DNA of 62,989 nucleotides, counting the filler, from Aduncisulcus paluster (taxonomy: Eukaryota): the NCBI GenBank assembly GCA_024181965.1. It is 5 parts of 5 records of this genome, joined end to end, with 100 filler letters (N's around TTAATTAATTAA, not from the genome) between each part and the next. Parts side by side here need not be neighbours in the genome. Positions count along the whole stretch, not along the records: positions 36,272 to 57,379 come from BQXS01012557.1; positions 57,480 to 59,956 come from BQXS01012562.1; positions 60,057 to 62,989 come from BQXS01012567.1; 2 more parts are not named here. One strand, given 5' to 3'. Below, piece after piece: positions 56,042 to 62,989 of this stretch. Numbering within the stretch: the stretch's first letter is position 1; every line of letters starts with the position of its first letter. The position numbers were made by a program, and so were the translations under genes. Under the pieces are notes generated by a model. It did not search any database. It was not told where the DNA came from and was given only the letters and a program-made list of their open reading frames with translations.

Positions 56042-57379
56042 ATGACGTTAATTAGTGCATCTTCAAATGTCAATTTATATGTAAAAGTTGGAGAAAAGGA
56101 TTTATTTGTGGTGAAAGCAAAGAAGAGTGATGATAATGCCAATTATATTGATGTAGCTGTTAGAGCATACTACAAGTTAATAGGAGAAGAAGATGTAGAA
56201 TCTTCTCTGGTCCAATTGACATTAAAATCCCTTACTTCGCTAAAAGAAGGTGAAATATTTTTATTATTTGATCGTGGAGAAGCTAATCTTGAGAAAATCA
56301 AAAAATCTCGAGGATTAGAGGTATCTATTAATTCTGAACCATCAGCCACATCAAAGAATACTATATTTGGAAGTCCTCCACAGTATTTTGATGGTTCTTC
56401 CCCTTCTGAAAAACTATTTATTCGTCAAGCCAGTATTAATCGTATTATTTTACACTTAACAGATGCCCAATCCCCACTTGATGAATATACCTGTGCCGTT
56501 TTCTTCCTTTACGCTCCCTTGTCAGCCCCTCCATCTGGAATTCTTTTGAAGTTAATTCAACGGTTCAGCAATGCGGCTATCTCATCTTCCACCTATGATA
56601 CTTCCTCTATGCAATCTGGAAATACCCCCCTTTCGGCCTCAGCCTCCTTTCTTCACACTATTCATCCGACACATCTCAGAGTGATCCAATTGTTGTTATA
56701 TTGGATTTGTGCTTATCCTCAAGATTGGAAAAATCATGAAATGGAGACTGTTGTTATCAAATTTGCCAAAGGGGTTGTGGCTGAGACCGTTGGTGAGGGA
56801 GTTGCCGTTCGAATGTTACTGGCGTTAGATGTTGCCAGAAGGCGAAGGGAAGAAGAAACTCGTAGTATTGAGCTCATTGGAGGGAAATCCAAGCTCGATG
56901 AGTCCACTTTGTCCTCCGTTCCTCTTTTTTCTCTCTATGATGAATATTTAAAACTTTGTGGAATAAGTGAACCCAAGACTTCAACATATCTCGGTTCTTC
57001 CCGTCCCCTTCCAACCATGAGCAATATCTTCATGTCTCATCAGCATGGATATAATTCTTCTCTTTCATATAAGGGTGCCATTCCCAATCACGATCTCTTC
57101 TCCAGAATCCCCCTTTTAACCATGTTTATTGGGCCAATTCCAAAACATATTCACTCAAGTGCCTATGCTACTTTGAAGAAAGAAGCCCTGAAGGACGATA
57201 CCAAGGGTAACCCAACACCCTGTCTTGTGATATCTTTCCCGACTCCTCCTCCCATTACTATCAAACTGACATCTGGTCCTGAATCCTCTTCCACTGGAGC
57301 CACATCCCCGACTTCCTCTTCTCCCGCGTCTCTCTCGACTTCTCCAAGGGATTCCTTACTACATACATCACCTTTCCTC
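56042..57379 (+). CDS. RasGEF-family protein, N-terminal REM domain (3'-truncated)
   Basis: INRIILHLT..YTCAVFFLY..LLKLIQRF..HLRVIQLLLYWICAYPQDW. Confidence 0.7.
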
Positions 57380-57479
57380 NNNNNNNNNNNNNNNNNNNNN
57401 NNNNNNNNNNNNNNNNNNNNNNNTTAATTAATTAANNNNNNNNNNNNNNNNNNNNNNNNNNNNNNNNNNNNNNNNNNNN
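57380..57479. other. Artificial scaffold spacer
   Basis: N44-TTAATTAATTAA-N44. Confidence 0.97.
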
Positions 57480-58895
57480 GGAATATCTATATACTTTCGA
57501 TATCAAAACATCATCTTCCTTTCTCTCCTCTCTCTCTTCTTTCTCCTCTCTCTCTTCTTTCTCCGCTTCCTCTTCTTCTTTCTTTTCCTTGTATAATTTT
57601 GATAGCTGCTCGACCCACACTCTCATTGCAGCAGTCCAACGAATCAAAGGATTGGGGTGGAGAAATAACTTCTTGGGAGCTTTTGGAATACATTGGACAC
57701 CCATGGGAAAAGGGGGGATGGTAGGGAAACCTGGGACAAACTCATACTCTTCTGCACGTTCAGATGCTAAGATAGAACAAGATCGCGATTCAAGGGTTGC
57801 AAGAGATGGAATAATAAGAGATCTGTGTGAGATTGGGGACAAGGAATCTCTTTCTTTCACACCAGAACGTGGTTTCTTCCCCTTTGTTCCTTTTTTCTCT
57901 CTTTTCTCTCCTTTTTCTATTGCTATTTTCTCTTTCTCTTTTCTTTCTTCTTCCTCTTCTCCTTCACGTTCAAGTTGAATGGCAGTAATAAAATCGAATA
58001 ATCTCTTCCTTTTCATGACACAAACTCCATATTTCATAAAGAAACTCGTAACGTTGTGAATATCCATTCTTAAGAACACGTCAGACATTGGATGGTCTTT
58101 CTCAACACTCTGAGAAACATCGATAATAAAAGGTTTCTTTTTGTAGTATAATATATTGTACTCGCTGAGATCTCCATGAACAAGCCTGCCATGAACGTAT
58201 AAAGTCCTCATTGCGCGCACTAGTTCCCAATATAGCTTCACAAGACGAGTATGCGGGAGAAAGGGGGCTGCGTCTTTAAGTTTTGGGGCAGCAATTCCGT
58301 CCTTGCCTATAAATTCCATCACAAGAACATGCTCTTTCTTTGCAATCACACGGGGAGTATTGATTGAAAGAGAAGCAGGGAGCTTATAAAGTCTCATTAA
58401 GTTTCTAGCTTCTTTTTCACACCATAATTGGACCATTTTCTTGGAATTATGTTTTTTGTATCCTTTTTCAAAACGTTGTTCACCTTCAACATAACGTTCA
58501 CGATCTCGAAACTGCATGATACTCGTCTTATACACTTTTACAGCATATTCACTCACGGTGGAGGAGTCTATTGGCGCTTTTGAAGAGGATGATGAGAAGG
58601 AGGCTATGTTTTCTTTGTTTTTAGGCATTTTAATGGCTTCAACATCAGCAGAAAGTGGTTTATGCTTACCATCAGTACTGTGGTACACGTTAGCCTCTTT
58701 GCCTGTGCTTATACAGCCGAAGAGGCCACTGATTATTCGATTGTTGATCAACCGGGCCACAATGAGTCGAGTATATGTGTCAAACACTTGGGAGACTGTA
58801 GCCCGGTCGTCACGATCTTTCTTCCTTCTTCTTGCCTTTTTTTCGACTTTTTTTTCCATATCAGCTGCAAAAACGGTGATTGGAATTGGGATCAT
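57480..58895 (-). CDS. RIO1: RIO1 atypical kinase (3'-truncated)
   Basis: DRAT.SQVFD, GCISTGKEANVY, AVKVYKTS, LVHGDLSEYNIL and IIDVSQSVE. Confidence 0.95.
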
Positions 58896-59039
58896 GTTTT
58901 CTTTGGATCTATGAATGAATAAATGTTAATTATGCATTAATTTTGTTACTACTTTCTTTTTTATTATTAACTCGTTTTCTCACAATGTTTATCAATGCTG
59001 AAAATGGGAAGAACTTTTTTTCGATGAGAATACTTAATT

Positions 59040-59956
59040 TCAAGTCAAAAATAATATAATAAATAACTTATAAAAATGAATTAATATCGATAATCCAGAT
59101 TTTTTTTTTATTTTAGGCAGTATTTCCCACTCCAATGAACCGGAAATCATTTTCTGGATCGAAGAGATATTTTCATGTTCCGAAAAGCAGCAGTATGACA
59201 GTTTAGATGTTCTAAACTCGGGAACGATAACAAAATTAAATCTAGATTTTAAAAAATCAATTCCCCATCTAAAGGGGGAGCCAATGTTCTTGTGGTCAGA
59301 TGACTCATCTGAGATGAGGGAAATGACCCATCCCCGATGCATAGGATTGTTCGACGGCAATCATTTTTTTTCCGCAAAATATCTAATTTTGTTTGCTAAT
59401 TTTTGAACAATATGTAGCTTTTTTAGGTAGTTAGCTTTCCTTCTTTTCCTTTTGGTCATAGATTTGTCTATTTTCTCGAAATCTGTATATGTATCTAAAT
59501 ATAAACTGAAAAGGGGTCTAAAAAAAATAGGATTATCAATGGTAAATGATCCTAAGAATCTTCCTGTAACGTGATCACTCTTCGACAACCATCGAGGCCT
59601 TGGAACAAGGAACTTCCATGTTGTTGTCGATCTAGCGCTCTCGAGTGAAACACCATCCCAAACTTCGAAAGAGATACCAAACAGTACACTCCTGCCAGGA
59701 TCAATACCCACTAAGAGGGTTTTTGTGGGTTCATCTGTGGTGATCTGTGCCTGAATCTGATTCAGCATACTATGCCTAGTACTAGCAGGGAAGGGAAGAC
59801 ATTTATCCCTTGTTGTCGCGGTAAGGCTTAAGTCGAATCCATCGGACTCGATATGGGTTGTGAAGCTGGTATTCAATGGCAACCCATATCGAGTCCGTAT
59901 AAGATTCCTTATTCTTCTAGCCTTTACCTTAATGTACTCATTGTAAGTCTTCGTTG
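59040..59956 (-). mobile_element. Degenerate Fanzor (TnpB-derived RuvC nuclease) gene, 5'-truncated by the spacer
   Basis: Frame open from the spacer. FTTHIESDGFDLSL, LVGIDPGR (RuvC-I), ILCIGDGSF (shifted frame), VIVPEFRTSKLSYCC (RuvC-II) and tentative IWIIDINS (RuvC-III). Confidence 0.75.
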
Positions 59957-60056
59957 NNNNNNNNNNNNNNNNNNNNNNNNNNNNNNNNNNNNNNNNNNNN
60001 TTAATTAATTAANNNNNNNNNNNNNNNNNNNNNNNNNNNNNNNNNNNNNNNNNNNN
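59957..60056. other. Artificial scaffold spacer
   Basis: N44-TTAATTAATTAA-N44. Confidence 0.97.
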
Positions 60057-60124
60057 ATGCTTCGAAGGTCACACAGCCACGAATTTTATTATTTGAAGAA
60101 AAAAAACAAATTATTATAGATGAA

Positions 60125-60421
60125 TTGACTAGAAATTCAGTTTTAAAGACCGTGTTTGAAAGATGTGATGAAAAAGAAATTCTGAGATTTTATGACGACT
60201 TTATTAAGGACAAGGTAAAAGAAAGATATGGCAATTTGAAGAGAAAAGAAACACAAAGACTTAAATATGACATTTTCAATTTTAAAAAAGCATTGTTAAT
60301 TAGGGGAATATATTTTTATGGCGTTGAGCACTTTAAGGACCTTGACACGTGGAAAGAATTTGTTAAAAGAACTATTTTACCTTCTGAACATCCTGAAATA
60401 TATCGTGAATATGATATATAA
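60125..60421 (+). CDS. Small basic ORF or fragment upstream of the transposase
   Basis: 98-codon frame with no ATG start near the scaffold edge. No family recognised. Confidence 0.3.
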   Translation: MTRNSVLKTVFERCDEKEILRFYDDFIKDKVKERYGNLKRKETQRLKYDIFNFKKALLIRGIYFYGVEHFKDLDTWKEFVKRTILPSEHPEIYREYDI

Positions 60422-60487
60422 TAGTAAATTCTTTTTTTATACTTTCATCCGACTTTTGCTGCTAATCTACAAAACCAAACTCGATTA

Positions 60488-62989
60488 ATGGCACCAAAAG
60501 TATTTATTTTTGATCAAGGAATACTAATACCTTCAAATTTGTTTTCAATTATAGATATTTACGACATTGATAGTTTGAAAATCAAAAAAGTGAGCATGCT
60601 CTGTAAAACGTGTCATAATCAACTTGGTCATAGACAAAAAAGAAGACACAGAAGATTCTGGAAACATTGTGACATGAAATGCTCTTGTACCGAGCCAAAT
60701 GAGATGCTTTATTATTGTGATCATATATATCGACTATTTACATTTCATGAGCCACGACATGCTTATATACTCGTTCAACTTCAACCTCAGGTTGGAAATG
60801 ATGATATTACACATGAAGATGTTAGAATTGTGTTTCTACAACATTGTACTCCAACAGCACATATTATTCCCACTATTGACGAAGTTTCAGAAGACTGTGG
60901 AAGTTTACCCCCTTTAGAAGATGACTTTGGGTATGGTGCAGATGTCCCATCATCTGAGAGCGACTTCATAGTTCATGAGCCTCATGATCCTGAGGATGAA
61001 ATATTATCAGAGAGCGTATCTGCGGATGCAGATTCCCTTCTTACAGAATTGTTTCAACCTTTCCAGTCAAGCCACTCATCTTTATCGCTGGATCGTAGCG
61101 AATCAATGGAATTCACACCTATAGTTGAGTATATTGACGTATATGGTAAACTAATCGCCGGAAAAGATGAATTGACAATTCTGTTCATAAAAAAAATGAT
61201 TACCCGCGAGATTAGTGAATCACTATATACAGAAATATATCGTGGCTTCAAGAAAGCTGGCTTAAGGATAGAGCTACCATCAATCGAACGTCTAAAAAGG
61301 AGAATAATATCCTTAATTAAGGTCATTTCCAAAGAGGTTAATGACGATGTTACAATCCCGAAGATACGAGGTGATCCTACTACTATATCCTTTAATTATC
61401 GGTGGTATACCCTTTACAAATTTCCACTTCCTCGTTTGATCATACGTTTCTTTTCCTCTCTTTCTCATATATCGCAACCTCATATGCTTTATATAAAGAA
61501 GGATTGAAGGTTATACGGGATAAATTACATATAGCTGGATGGCAGCTTCGTGATTTCCCCCAATTCAACACAGTTGATGAATATATAGACTATTGTATTG
61601 CTCGCAGGATTCTTCCGATTGTTATAGCACCAATCATCGTGTTTATCGACGGTGTAGCAACGGCACGACTTGGTCGAACAGCTTTATCTCTAGTTGTGTC
61701 ATTGGCCAACATTCCCTCTAACATTCGACAACAAACAATTCCTTGGCAGAATGTGTGCTTAGTATCCGAAGACAAAGCTTTGTTTGCAACAATTTCTGTT
61801 CTTAATTCATTGATTTCGGATTTAAAGGAACTTCAATATGGTGTTTCGGTTGATTTACCTAGTGGAAAGCGAATAATCTTGATGGGATTTCTATTTCGTA
61901 TAATCGGAGATGCAAAACAGATTAAACAGAACTTGTGCTGCCATTCGGCATATTTTCCGTGTCCATGGTGCATGGAAACTGGCCAGAACTTACTACTGCC
62001 ACATTTGTCTCCCCCAGCTACGTTGCGAACTCTCGAGGCTGTGACTCGAACAGAAACTTCTGGCCATGTATTGGACCCTCAAACTCATAATGTTCCTTTG
62101 TTTTTTCATTATGATGGCAGATTGAACATGGATCCCTTTAGGATTCATGCTGGAGATGTGTTACATATCTTGCACATAGGTTTGTGTAATGATATGATGA
62201 AATTGTTTGAAAAGGCCTTCAATTCAAATCAGCAGGCAATTTTTAACAATAGAATGAAAACTCTTGGCCTCAGGACTCGTTTAGGTTGTGGACTTCGCGA
62301 TGGCAATGACAGCAAATTAATACAACATTACGCTGCAATTTGCATTTATGAACTCGATTTTCATCGGCCTCAGAGTTCCCACACATTTAGATTTCTTTAT
62401 CAGCGAGAAGAAGATACCTACACGGATTCAGATGAATTACGTGATAGGATCGTTGTGACGGCTTCAATCCCAAGCATATCACGGTTCGATGATGTTCTTG
62501 ATTTGAAATTTGTCCATCTTTTGTTGTTATCCGCAATAGCAAACAAATTCATTTATGAAACTCAACTGGCCTCAAATGATTCTGAATGTGAAATTGTAAT
62601 TCAAGATTATACTCGCTTTATGAAAATATTAGCGCCACTGTGTGTAAAATGTGACATTTATAGTACTTCTGTCCCGATTCGAAAAATTAAATCTCATATG
62701 CTCTTGCATCTCAAAGAGTGGGTACGAGATGGGGGATCTTTGTTCAATTATTCTGCTGAAGCTGGGGAAAGGATTAATTCATCAATATATCGATTATATA
62801 GATACGTGCGCACACAGCCAAAGTCCCATTATCTGGCTTCGATGTCCCTTCCGTTTTTGATTCCAGCAATGGATATTCCGGATGAGAGTGATTCGCTTCC
62901 TAGCATCCGATTTCGTCCTGGAAAGTGCTATACGTTTAAGAATAGGGAAGCTGATGACTCAATAGTTGTCTTTTGTCAACATTGCGAAG
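60488..62989 (+). mobile_element. Plavaka/CMC (EnSpm-CACTA-related) DDE transposase in two overlapping frames (60488-61507 and 61396 to window end)
   Basis: Manual translation of the second frame gives APIIVFIDG, SLANIPSNIR, DLKELQYGV, IIGDAKQ, PCPWC, GDVLHILHIG, KSHMLLH and NYSAEAGERINS. The first frame has a Cys/His cluster. Confidence 0.75.

Noticed and set aside
59361..59363. TGA readthrough or alternative genetic code
   Set aside because: The shifted frame yields the better motif (IGDGSF), and TAA, TAG and TGA all terminate conserved genes in this window.
59040..62989. Fanzor plus transposase as one composite element
   Set aside because: They are separated by an artificial spacer (59957-60056), so adjacency is not evidence of linkage.

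Overview
AT-rich, gene-dense eukaryotic (flagellated protist-like) genomic DNA using the standard code, with short GT-AG introns. It is not one contiguous locus. Four artificial 100-nt spacers (N44-TTAATTAATTAA-N44) join five scaffolds, and six 20-N gaps are each flanked by a duplicated overlap, so linkage across spacers is meaningless. Recognisable genes: DRC5/TCTE1, eIF3b, a DHHC palmitoyltransferase, a CDK20-like kinase, a formin, cytosolic Hsp70, CHMP3/Vps24, a FAM135-like protein, a membrane-anchored proline dehydrogenase-like protein, RAB3GAP1, PTRHD1, an HGSNAT-like protein, an MBL hydrolase, a RasGEF N-terminus, RIO1, two Myb/SANT-like proteins, tRNA-Ile(GAT) and tRNA-Phe(GAA). Most notable observations: (1) a decayed Fanzor/TnpB-type RNA-guided nuclease gene with strong internal hairpins (59040-59956); (2) a giant pseudokinase protein retaining the scaffold motifs of HstK/group-X histidine kinases but with no histidine kinase module (6896-16503); (3) a paired MEF2-type box TCTAAAAATAGA-N3-TCTAAAAATAGA at three intergenic loci; (4) a G34 tRNA-Ile; (5) a hairpin-plus-modular-repeat element upstream of eIF3b; (6) an orphan SMC1 head fragment; (7) a Plavaka/CMC-like transposase missed by the ORF track. 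A free-living metamonad (fornicate) origin is a weak inference. All family calls are by-eye motif recognition; no searches were run.
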